Of a stretch of DNA of 64,000 nucleotides, positions 55,819 to 64,000 are shown one piece after another. The DNA comes from Flavobacteriales bacterium (GTDB taxonomy: Bacteria > Bacteroidota > Bacteroidia > Flavobacteriales_D > Sanyastnellaceae), in NCBI GenBank assembly GCA_036747335.1, contig DAIOCL010000001.1, forward strand, positions 11,537-75,536. The letters run 5' to 3'. How positions within the stretch are numbered: position 1 is the first letter of the stretch; the number at the start of each line of letters is the position of its first letter. The notes under the pieces are model-generated. The model was not told the origin of the DNA, made no database searches, and worked only from the letters and a program-made list of their open reading frames with translations. The position numbers and the translations under genes were made by a program.

Positions 55819-57543
55819 ATGAAAAAACGCCCCTGCCCCGGTTCACTGCTTGTTGCCCTGGCTTTCGTGGCCGGTGTACAATGCAACTTTGTCAAGCCGG
55901 AAGTGGACATGATCGTGCACAACGCCGTCATCTACACCGTCAATGAGCAATGGGAAGTTGTTGAAGCCATGGCCATCGACGACGGGAAGATTGTCAAGCT
56001 CGGTCGAAGTGCCGACATCCTCCACGACTTTGTGTCGCGCCAGGTAATAGATGCAAACAAAAAACCCATCTATCCGGGTTTCATCGATGCGCACTGCCAT
56101 TTTCTCGCCTATGGCAGAACGCTGCGCCATGCCGATCTCTCGACAACCACGTCGTGGGAGGAAGTGCTCGCGACGATTACAGCGCACCGCGAAGCCAATC
56201 CCCAACAACCCTGGCTCCACGGACGCGGATGGGACCAGAATGACTGGTCAGAAAGCTACCGGAAGGAACTTGCTGCAGCCGGGGTAACGGTATCAGCAGA
56301 CGAAGACGTAGTGGTTCCCTTTCCCTCCAATGAACGCCTCAATGCCCTGTTTCCCGAAACGCCGGTTGTGCTGCGGCGCATCGACGGACATGCCATGATC
56401 GTCAATGATGTGGTACTCCGAATGGCCGGCATCACCGCGGGCATGGACATACAAGGCGGAGAAGTCGTTGAGCTGAACGGAAAACCCACCGGTGTGCTCA
56501 TCGACAATGCCATGAAGCCCGTGGAAGCCATCATTCCCGCACCGGGTGCCGATGAAGAATCAAAGGCACTGCTTTTTGCACAGGAAAAGTGTGTTGCTGT
56601 CGGTCTCACCACCGTATCGGATGCAGGATTGATGAAGAAAGACATTGACCTTATTGACCAACTGCAAAAACGGGGAGAACTCAACATGCGGCTCTATGTG
56701 ATGCTCTCCGACGATTCGCTCAACCTCGCCTATTACCTCCGCACGGGCATTGATACCTCTGCCCGCCTCAATGTGCGCGCCTTCAAGTTTTATGCAGATG
56801 GTGCGCTGGGTTCACGCGGTGCTTGCCTCACCCTTCCCTATGACGATGTGCTGCCGAAGAAGCGATACGGCGCACTGCTCGACAGCGTTGGTTATTTCGA
56901 AATGCGGGCGAAACAAATGCTGGAAGCCGGATTCCAGATGTGCACACACGCCATCGGAGACAGTGCCAACCGGGTCATGCTCGACATCTACCGCAACCTG
57001 CTTCCACCGGGCAACGACCTGCGGTGGCGGATTGAGCACGCCCAGGTCATTCACAAGGCCGACATCCATAAGTTTGGCGAGGCCGGCATCATTCCGTCCA
57101 TACAGCCCACCCATGCCACCAGCGACATGTACTGGGCCTGGCAGCGGCTGGGCCGAAACCGTGTCAAACGCGCATACGCCTACCGCGAACTGAAAGAACA
57201 ACTGGGTATGGTCGCACTAGGTACCGATTTCCCCATAGAAGGAATCAACCCTGTCAACACCTTCTATGCCGCTGTGGTGCGCAAAGACGCACAGGGTTAT
57301 CCGGCCGAAGGATTTCAGATGGAAAACGCACTGACCCGTGAAGAGGCCTTACGGGGGATGACGATCTGGGCAGCCATCTCCAATGTTGAGGAAAAGGTGA
57401 AAGGCTCGCTGGAGCCCGGAAAGTTCGCCGACTTTGTGATGCTTGACCAGGACCTGATGACCGCACCCGACGAAAACCTCCTGCAGACACATACGCTGCT
57501 AACCGTCATTGACGGGGCGATCTTATTCGACGGTAGACCCTGA
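55819..57543 (+). CDS. Amidohydro_3-type metal-dependent amidohydrolase, exported
   Basis: Signal/lipobox-like N-terminus. Has the PGFIDAHCH HxH motif. 574 aa. Confidence 0.85.
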   Translation: MKKRPCPGSLLVALAFVAGVQCNFVKPEVDMIVHNAVIYTVNEQWEVVEAMAIDDGKIVKLGRSADILHDFVSRQVIDANKKPIYPGFIDAHCHFLAYGRTLRHADLSTTTSWEEVLATITAHREANPQQPWLHGRGWDQNDWSESYRKELAAAGVTVSADEDVVVPFPSNERLNALFPETPVVLRRIDGHAMIVNDVVLRMAGITAGMDIQGGEVVELNGKPTGVLIDNAMKPVEAIIPAPGADEESKALLFAQEKCVAVGLTTVSDAGLMKKDIDLIDQLQKRGELNMRLYVMLSDDSLNLAYYLRTGIDTSARLNVRAFKFYADGALGSRGACLTLPYDDVLPKKRYGALLDSVGYFEMRAKQMLEAGFQMCTHAIGDSANRVMLDIYRNLLPPGNDLRWRIEHAQVIHKADIHKFGEAGIIPSIQPTHATSDMYWAWQRLGRNRVKRAYAYRELKEQLGMVALGTDFPIEGINPVNTFYAAVVRKDAQGYPAEGFQMENALTREEALRGMTIWAAISNVEEKVKGSLEPGKFADFVMLDQDLMTAPDENLLQTHTLLTVIDGAILFDGRP

Positions 57544-57581
57544 CGAACTCCTGCGGCGGGTAGAAAGGTCGCGAAGAAGAA

Positions 57582-59045
57582 TTACTTCTTCAGGGCTTCA
57601 GACAGGATATTGCTGATACGCTCCTCTTCTTCGCGGGCGAGGTCGGCGTCAACAATGATGCGGCCTGAGTGCTCATCTACAATGACCTTCTTGCGCGCAG
57701 CCACGTCAAGCTGTTTTTGCGGAGGAAGGGTAATAAAACTTCCCGCGCTGGCTTCGCGCTCGATCGGTACCACCGCCAATCCGTTGCGCGAACTGCCGCG
57801 AATGCGCTCATATGCCTGCAGCAGACGCGGCTCAATTAATGTGCGCGCTTCATCTGACTTGCTGACCAGCAGGGTCTCTTCGGTCTCTGTCTCACGGATA
57901 ATCTCATTGAGTTCATCGCGTTTTACCTGCAGATCTGCCTTGCGCTCATTCAACTTGAGCTCCGTCTGTGCAATCACGTCGCCCTTGGTCACTTTGAAAA
58001 TCTCACTCTCCTTGATTTTCTTCTTAAAGCCCAGGATTTCAAGTTCCTGAAACTCCATCTCCTTGGCGAGCGACTCAAATTCGCGGTTGTTGCGCACCTT
58101 ATCCTGCTGCTCCTTGTACTTTTTAATCAGCGCTTCCGCATCTTTAATGGCCTGTTTGCGCGACGAAATATCTTTGTCCAACTCACCCATTTCGTTGTTG
58201 AGATTCTGGAGGCGGGTTTCCAACTGGCTCACTTCATCCGCAAGGCCGTCTACCTCCAGGGGAAGTTCTCCACGCACGGAGCGCAACTTGTCAATGCGGG
58301 TATCAATCAGCTGTATATCATACAACGCTCTCAGCTTTTGCTCTACCGTTACGCCCTTCTTCAGGTCTTCGCTTGAAATGGGAAATCTCATCAGTTCTTT
58401 ATTGATTGGTTTGTTTTCGTTCTCAGTTTTTGACTCCACCTGGCGCACATAGACCCTCGGGCCCTGGGCGTCCTTGGGCGCGATGTAGGGCGTCTTTGGA
58501 CGCTCGACCACCACTTCCTCACCCGGGGCTACTACCTGCGGCTTAATCACCTTAGGCACAAATTCCGCGGTTTCGGTTACGTTTTTCTTCTCTTTGGCAA
58601 CCGCAGGTTTTGCCGGTGCGGCTTTTTCGGGTGCTGCCTTCGCGGGCGCAGGGGCCGGAGTCTTGGCAGCCTGTACTTTCTCTGCCGGCTTTGCCGCCTT
58701 TTCCTTGACGGGATTCTCTGCCTGGGTTTTATCCTTCACCGTTTTCTCTGCCGCGGGAGCAGGCTTTTCAGCCTTTTCAACCACTGCTTTTGGCAGTGCC
58801 GGGGCGGTTTTAACGGGTGATTTGCTCACTGCCTTTGCCGGCAACGTCTTTATCCCCTTTTCTGCCGACCCCGCCGTTTCAGCGTTGGCCTTAGGGGCTG
58901 CAGGGGCTACCGCTTTTTTCGCAGGTGCGGCCTTCCCGATACCCACCGGCTTTTTGGACGCAGCAGGCTTGGCAGCCTTTGAGGCTGAGGAACTCTTATT
59001 GTCCAAAGCCTTCGCTTTCGTCGCCGTCACAGGTTTTTTTGCCAT
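57582..59045 (-). CDS. COG1579-type coiled-coil protein with a degenerate zinc ribbon and an Ala/Lys/Pro-rich N-terminal extension
   Basis: The first ~165 aa are AKP-rich low complexity. Long coiled coils follow. The tail ...VVPIEREASAGSFITLPPQKQLDV..VIVDEHSGRIIVD resembles the zinc-ribbon tail but contains no Cys. Lies directly downstream of the Nif3 gene. Confidence 0.8.
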   Translation of the reverse strand: MAKKPVTATKAKALDNKSSSASKAAKPAASKKPVGIGKAAPAKKAVAPAAPKANAETAGSAEKGIKTLPAKAVSKSPVKTAPALPKAVVEKAEKPAPAAEKTVKDKTQAENPVKEKAAKPAEKVQAAKTPAPAPAKAAPEKAAPAKPAVAKEKKNVTETAEFVPKVIKPQVVAPGEEVVVERPKTPYIAPKDAQGPRVYVRQVESKTENENKPINKELMRFPISSEDLKKGVTVEQKLRALYDIQLIDTRIDKLRSVRGELPLEVDGLADEVSQLETRLQNLNNEMGELDKDISSRKQAIKDAEALIKKYKEQQDKVRNNREFESLAKEMEFQELEILGFKKKIKESEIFKVTKGDVIAQTELKLNERKADLQVKRDELNEIIRETETEETLLVSKSDEARTLIEPRLLQAYERIRGSSRNGLAVVPIEREASAGSFITLPPQKQLDVAARKKVIVDEHSGRIIVDADLAREEEERISNILSEALKK

Positions 59046-59047
59046 GG

Positions 59048-60142
59048 TCAGAAATAATGCACGGGGTTGGTTACCACCGCAGTTAAATGGGTCGCGAAAG
59101 TATTAAATTTTCGACGAAGCCTGTCGGCGAGGAGTCCGATGGTAAACTGCTCACTCTCATAATGACCGATATCGGCTATAATAATTTGATTATCAGCATC
59201 AAAGAACTCGTGGTATTTAAAGTCGGCGCTGACGAATACGTCGGCACCCTCAGCGATTGCCCTCGTGAGCAGGAAACTGCCGGCGCCTCCGCACAGCGCC
59301 ACATTTTGTATTGTTTCGCGGCACAGGTGCGTGTGCCGGATGCACGCCAATTGCAGGTCTTGCTTCAGCGCAGCCAGAAAATGTGCAGCCGGCACAGGTT
59401 CGGGAAGGCGTCCGATCAGGCCCGCGCCCCAGTCGCCCGAGGTATTTTCCAATGCGTACACGTCGTAGGCGACTTCTTCATAGGGATGGGCGGCCATCAT
59501 GGCGCCGAGCACCGCCTGCAGCCGCCAACGCGGCATAATTACTTCAATACGTGTTTCGGCCTCCTGGTGTATGCTGCCCGGGGTACCCACAAAAGGATGC
59601 GTATCGGGACCTCCGCGGAAGGTACCCGAACCCTCGAGGTTGAAACTGCATTGGTCATAAGCGCCGATGCTGCCTGCTCCCGCGCTGAACATGGCACTTC
59701 TTACGCTGTCCGCGCTGTCATGGGGCACAAAAACGACAAGTTTGCACAGCCGGTCTTTCAGTGGGCTCAGCACCCTTGTTTCTTGCAAGCCGATACGGGC
59801 GGCCAGGGCTGCATTGACCCCTTCGCGCACATGGTCGAGGTTGGTGTGAATGGCGTATATGGCGATGTCGTGTTTGAGCGCCATAATGACCGTTCGCTCC
59901 ACATAGTTGCGACCGGTGAGTGACTTCAGTCCGCGGAACACGATAGGGTGATGCGCCACCACCAGGTTGCATCCCAGGCTGATCGCCTCCTGCAGCACGG
60001 CTTCGGTGCAATCGAGCGCTACCAGCACCCCGGTGACCTCCATGCCTGGCGTTCCGGCTATGAGTCCGCTGTTGTCGTAGTCCTCCTGAAGGGCGGGGGG
60101 AGCGAGTTCCTCGAGCCAGCCGATAATACTTTTGAGTTGCAT
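59048..60142 (-). CDS. Nif3-like dinuclear metal centre protein (YqfO/YbgI family)
   Basis: I chose the internal ATG (MQLKSIIGWLEELAPPALQEDYDNSGL). Has VVAHHP and HTNLD motifs. The 152-codon N-terminal extension in the ORF track overlaps lpxK on the opposite strand. Confidence 0.85.
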   Translation of the reverse strand: MQLKSIIGWLEELAPPALQEDYDNSGLIAGTPGMEVTGVLVALDCTEAVLQEAISLGCNLVVAHHPIVFRGLKSLTGRNYVERTVIMALKHDIAIYAIHTNLDHVREGVNAALAARIGLQETRVLSPLKDRLCKLVVFVPHDSADSVRSAMFSAGAGSIGAYDQCSFNLEGSGTFRGGPDTHPFVGTPGSIHQEAETRIEVIMPRWRLQAVLGAMMAAHPYEEVAYDVYALENTSGDWGAGLIGRLPEPVPAAHFLAALKQDLQLACIRHTHLCRETIQNVALCGGAGSFLLTRAIAEGADVFVSADFKYHEFFDADNQIIIADIGHYESEQFTIGLLADRLRRKFNTFATHLTAVVTNPVHYF

Positions 60143-60169
60143 TGCGTTTCTTTGGCACAAAGTAAATCG

Positions 60170-61210
60170 ATGAAGCCCCTTCAGGTTCTGCTCTATCCAT
60201 TTTCGCTGCTCTACGGCCTCGGCCTTGTGGTACGCAACGGGCTGTATGACCTGGGCTGGATGGCCAGCCGGAGGGCCGCACTTCCCACCGTGGTGGTAGG
60301 CAACCTGAGCGTGGGCGGATCGGGAAAAACCCCAATGGTCGAATGGCTCTGTGCACGGCTCAGTGTGCCCTGCAAGCCGGCTGTGCTCTCGAGGGGCTAT
60401 GGAAGAAAAACTGAGGGTTTTCTCTGGGTAAGGCCCGGTATGCCGAGTTCCGACACGGGCGATGAACCGCTGCAGATTGCCCGCAAATACGGCCAGGTGC
60501 CTGTGGCTGTCTGCGAAGATCGGTTGGCGGGTATTGACCGGATTGCCGCAGAGCGACCCGGCATAAACCTTGTGCTGCTGGACGACGCCTACCAGCACCG
60601 TAAACTGAAGGCCGATGTGTATGTCCTGCTGACGGAATACGGACTAACCTGGGCCGACGACTACCTGTTGCCCGCAGGCCGCCTCCGCGACCTGCGCGCT
60701 CAACGCAGGCGGGCCGCAGCCGTAGTGGTTACCAAGTGTCCCGGTCACCTCTCGCCGGAAGCGCAATCCGCATACCGCCAGCGGCTGAAACTCTCTCCCG
60801 GCCAGGCGCTCTTTTTTTCTTCACTCACCTATGAAAGGGCGCAACACGTCGCTGGTCCGGCTGCTACCCTGCAAGCGGGTGATGCCATAACCGCCTTTGC
60901 CGGTATAGCCCGCCCGGACGCCTTTCAGGCACACCTGGCTTCGGCCTATGTCCTTAAAAAATTCAAAACCTTTGCCGATCACCGTCCTTTTACCCCCGAC
61001 CAACTGCAGCGGCTCGCAGATGATTGCGTTACCTTTGCGGGCCCTGCGGGGAAAATGGTGTGCACCGAAAAAGACGCCGTCCGAATCGGTCACCTGACAG
61101 CATCGGTGGAATGGAAAATTCCACTCTTCTGTATTCCCGTTGGCACAACCTTCCTTCACGGCCAAGACCCCGTTTCGCTCATCACCGGGCGGCTCGGCAA
61201 CGGGAAGTGA
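60170..61210 (+). CDS. lpxK: tetraacyldisaccharide 4'-kinase
   Basis: I chose the internal ATG (MKPLQVLLYPFSLLYGL). Has the P-loop GNLSVGGSGKTP and LLDDAYQH. Confidence 0.9.
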   Translation: MKPLQVLLYPFSLLYGLGLVVRNGLYDLGWMASRRAALPTVVVGNLSVGGSGKTPMVEWLCARLSVPCKPAVLSRGYGRKTEGFLWVRPGMPSSDTGDEPLQIARKYGQVPVAVCEDRLAGIDRIAAERPGINLVLLDDAYQHRKLKADVYVLLTEYGLTWADDYLLPAGRLRDLRAQRRRAAAVVVTKCPGHLSPEAQSAYRQRLKLSPGQALFFSSLTYERAQHVAGPAATLQAGDAITAFAGIARPDAFQAHLASAYVLKKFKTFADHRPFTPDQLQRLADDCVTFAGPAGKMVCTEKDAVRIGHLTASVEWKIPLFCIPVGTTFLHGQDPVSLITGRLGNGK

Positions 61211-61219
61211 GGAGAAAGC

Positions 61220-62677
61220 ATGAACGCAACAAGCGACACATACGAACTGGTCGTAGGCCTGGAGGTCCACATGCAATTGCTTACCCACAGCAAGGCCTAC
61301 TGCGCTGATCCCAACCAATACGGAGAGCTGCCCAACACCCTGGTGTCGCCGGTAAGTCTCGGCCATCCGGGTACATTGCCTATGCTCAACCGCCAGTCGG
61401 TGAAGTTTGCTGTGATGCTCGGTCATGCCTGCCACATGGAGGTACACAAATACACCCATTTTGCCAGAAAAAACTACTTCTATGCAGACCTTCCCAAAGG
61501 CTACCAGATAACGCAAGACAAAACCCCGATCTGCACGGGAGGCTACCTGATGATCCGTGACGAGAAGGGGGAAGAAAAACGCATCGGACTCACCCGGGCG
61601 CACCTGGAGGAAGACGCGGGAAAAAGCCTGCATGACCAGGATCCCTTCGATACGCTGGTAGACCTGAACCGTGCGGGTGTGCCGCTGATTGAACTCGTCA
61701 GCGAACCCGATATCCGCACACCGAAAGAGGCCTATAACTACCTCACCGAAGTGCGCAAACTCGTGCGCTACCTCGGGATTTGTGATGGCAATATGGAAGA
61801 AGGTTCGCTACGGTGCGATGCCAATGTGAGTGTCAGGCGCAGGGGAGAAACCCGTTTGAATACGCGGTGTGAAATCAAAAACATGAATTCCATTCGCAAC
61901 GTACAGCGCGCTATAGAATTCGAATTTCAGCGTCAGGTCGAATGCATGGAAAAGGGAGAAGCCATCGTGCAGGAGACACGCGGTTTTGACGCGCCGTCGG
62001 GTACCACCTTCCCGATGAGAACCAAGGAACTTGCGCACGACTACCGCTATTTCCCCGAACCGGATTTGCAGCCTGTGCGCCTGAGCGATGCCGATATTGC
62101 AGAGGCACGCGCACTGATGCCCGCATTGCCCTCGGCCCTGTATGCGCGGTACGTCAATGCGCTCGGCCTCTCCGCCTATGATGCCACCATGCTGACCAAC
62201 GAGAAGGAGACGGCGCGCTGGTACGAGCAACTTATCCGGCACACCGACAACTACAAGGCAGCGTGCAACTGGCTGATTGGACCTGTGAAAGCATGGCTCA
62301 ATGAAAATGCAGTAGAACTAGACGCTTTTTCTGCTACGCCCGAACAGGTTGCCGGCATCATCGCGCTGGTAGATGCGGGTAAGGTGAGTGCCAGCACAGC
62401 CGCAGAAAAAATACTGCCTGTGCTCGCGTCCGGAGACGGTACGACGGCAGAAGCCGTGGCCGCGGCACTCAACCTTGTACAAGACGCCGACACCGACGAA
62501 ATCGTGCAGGCAGCGCGGGAAGTCATTGCAGCCTGGCCCGACAAGGCGGAGGCATACCGAAACGGAAACAAAGGACTGCTCGGCCTTTTTATGGGAGAGT
62601 TTATGAAAAAAACCCGCGGCAAGGCCAATCCCAAAACAGCCAGCAAAATCATTCAGGATATTCTTGACAAACCATAA
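61220..62677 (+). CDS. gatB: Asp-tRNA(Asn)/Glu-tRNA(Gln) amidotransferase subunit B
   Basis: Contains YELVVGLEVHMQL, NRAGVPLIELVSEPD and LRCDANVSV. 485 aa. Confidence 0.95.
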   Translation: MNATSDTYELVVGLEVHMQLLTHSKAYCADPNQYGELPNTLVSPVSLGHPGTLPMLNRQSVKFAVMLGHACHMEVHKYTHFARKNYFYADLPKGYQITQDKTPICTGGYLMIRDEKGEEKRIGLTRAHLEEDAGKSLHDQDPFDTLVDLNRAGVPLIELVSEPDIRTPKEAYNYLTEVRKLVRYLGICDGNMEEGSLRCDANVSVRRRGETRLNTRCEIKNMNSIRNVQRAIEFEFQRQVECMEKGEAIVQETRGFDAPSGTTFPMRTKELAHDYRYFPEPDLQPVRLSDADIAEARALMPALPSALYARYVNALGLSAYDATMLTNEKETARWYEQLIRHTDNYKAACNWLIGPVKAWLNENAVELDAFSATPEQVAGIIALVDAGKVSASTAAEKILPVLASGDGTTAEAVAAALNLVQDADTDEIVQAAREVIAAWPDKAEAYRNGNKGLLGLFMGEFMKKTRGKANPKTASKIIQDILDKP

Positions 62678-62683
62678 TCCCTC

Positions 62684-63910
62684 ATGAAGAATTACACATT
62701 CATCATCATGGCCGTTGCAGTGCTTTCGGTCGCATGTTCCCCCTCAGGATCCCGCAGCACCATCACCGGCAACATCAGCGGTGCTGAAGGAAAAACGGTT
62801 TTCCTGGAAAGGTTCATCAACAACCAGCAGGTGCGTACCGACAGCGCCACCATTCAAGCCGACGGAAGTTTCTCACTCACGCCGAACCCTCCGCTCGAAC
62901 TCAACTTCTACCGGTTGCTGTTTGACAATGAGCACTACACCGTGCTCATCACCGACAGCACCGAGTCACCTGAGATCAGCGCCGCATTCGACAACATGAA
63001 GTCGGGCCCGGAAGTGAGTGGATCAACCCACACAGAAAAACTCGTCGGACTCTATAGCCAACTCTCAGGCTTTCAGCAGAAGATGTCCGACATGCGCACG
63101 CGTATCCAGTCGAGCGCCAATGAGGCCGAATCAGCGCAGCTGAAGACAGATTTCACCAACCTGCAGAAAGAGCGGATTGACTTCTGCAAAAAATGGCTCG
63201 AATCGGAAAGCGCAAGCCCTGCAGCCCTCGCGGCCGTAAGCGAACTTGACCTGCGTTCCGAATTACCCGTCTACAAAAAAGTGATCGAATCACTGGCACC
63301 TGTTTTCAGTCATTCCATGTACTACAAAGACGTGGCGATGCGGGTTGCCAACCAGGAAAAGGCGGCCAGCATGCCCCAAAACAACGAGGCGAACTCAGCG
63401 GCCACCATGGAAGAAATCCAACGAAAACTGCGTGAAAACGCCAACCAGTCTTATGACACACAAGACGTTCCGGGTTCGGTTGGTCCGGGAACTCGCGCAC
63501 CTGAAATTGCCGATAAATCTCCCGATGGCAAAATCTACAAGCTGAGCGACCTGAAAGGCAAGGTCGTGCTCATCGATTTCTGGGCATCATGGTGCGGTCC
63601 GTGCCGCAAGGAAAACCCGTATGTAGTGGCCGCATACCAGAAATTCCACAAGAAAGGGTTTGAGGTTTTTTCCGTTTCGCTCGACAACAATGCGGAGCGC
63701 TGGAAACAGGCCATTCAGCAGGATGCGCTGCCCTGGCCCTACCACGTGAGCGACCTCAAAGGATGGCAAAGCAGCCATGCCGCGAAGTACGGTGTGCGCA
63801 GTATTCCCGCTCCATTTCTGGTAGGCAAAGACGGCATCGTCATCGCAACCGGCAGTGATGTGCGTGGCCCCGGACTGGAAGCCGAACTGGAGAATATCTT
63901 TGGTTATTAA
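62684..63910 (+). CDS. TlpA-family thiol-disulfide oxidoreductase lipoprotein with a DUF4369-like N-domain
   Basis: Lipobox LSVAC. C-terminal thioredoxin fold with WASWCGPCRKE. Confidence 0.85.
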   Translation: MKNYTFIIMAVAVLSVACSPSGSRSTITGNISGAEGKTVFLERFINNQQVRTDSATIQADGSFSLTPNPPLELNFYRLLFDNEHYTVLITDSTESPEISAAFDNMKSGPEVSGSTHTEKLVGLYSQLSGFQQKMSDMRTRIQSSANEAESAQLKTDFTNLQKERIDFCKKWLESESASPAALAAVSELDLRSELPVYKKVIESLAPVFSHSMYYKDVAMRVANQEKAASMPQNNEANSAATMEEIQRKLRENANQSYDTQDVPGSVGPGTRAPEIADKSPDGKIYKLSDLKGKVVLIDFWASWCGPCRKENPYVVAAYQKFHKKGFEVFSVSLDNNAERWKQAIQQDALPWPYHVSDLKGWQSSHAAKYGVRSIPAPFLVGKDGIVIATGSDVRGPGLEAELENIFGY

Positions 63911-64000
63911 GCGGTGCTGCCAGCCGAAGTCTCGCTGCGCCGGGCCGACAAATAACGCCTGATGGCGATGTGACCGGCGTAAATCAGCGGGGTAAGGGCT

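Noticed and set aside
58594-59106. 170-aa plus-strand ORF rich in Ala/Gly/Phe (AGFAGAAFSGAAFAGAGAG...).
   Set aside because: It is the antisense shadow of the Ala/Lys/Pro-rich 5' region of the minus-strand COG1579-type gene. It is low complexity and has no independent support.
63907-64000. Possible 3' end of a minus-strand gene at the right window edge (reads ...IYAGHIAIRRYLSARRSETSAGSTA-stop, with its stop overlapping the TlpA stop as TTAA).
   Set aside because: Only about 30 codons are visible, and two of the three minus-strand frames are open over this stretch. The evidence is too weak to call a feature.

Overview
A 64-kb chromosomal window from a moderately GC-rich member of Bacteroidota. 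The phylum call rests on an S46 dipeptidyl-peptidase, DUF3078, DUF4249, DUF4294 and BatA-type proteins, TAnnTTTG-like -7 boxes, and almost no Shine-Dalgarno sequences. I call about 56 densely packed protein genes, many with 1-4 nt start/stop overlaps. I saw no rRNA, tRNA, CRISPR array, transposase or integrase. Most of the content is housekeeping: fabD, yidC, kdsC, a System I cytochrome c maturation cluster (ccmB-C-D-E-F), a short sirtuin, accC, rpsT, radC, wecB, upp, a MarR-linked beta-oxidation operon, sucC, a class I glutamine amidotransferase, lpxK and gatB. The points most worth a second look are these. (1) An AT-rich island of about 5 kb (about 45.35-50.55 kb) lies between GC-rich genes. 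It carries a translationally coupled operon: TonB-dependent receptor, DUF4249 lipoprotein, LytS-type histidine kinase and LytTR regulator. It has no mobility genes. (2) Two otherwise intact conserved genes are each interrupted by one in-frame stop codon: TAA at 19136-19138 in a propeller/Y_Y_Y/class III cyclase gene, and TAG at 37964-37966 at a conserved Gln of an acyl-CoA dehydrogenase. (3) Two tandem paralogous secreted parallel-beta-helix proteins. The longer one adds three EYFxDxDPGxG modules and a dockerin-like duplicated C-terminus. (4) A COG1579-type coiled-coil protein in which all four zinc-ribbon cysteines are replaced and which has a long Ala/Lys/Pro-rich N-terminal tail. (5) The CcmE has a CxxxY heme-binding motif instead of HxxxY, and the cluster has no ccmA, ccmG or ccmH. 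All family assignments come from motif recognition by eye. No database search was run.
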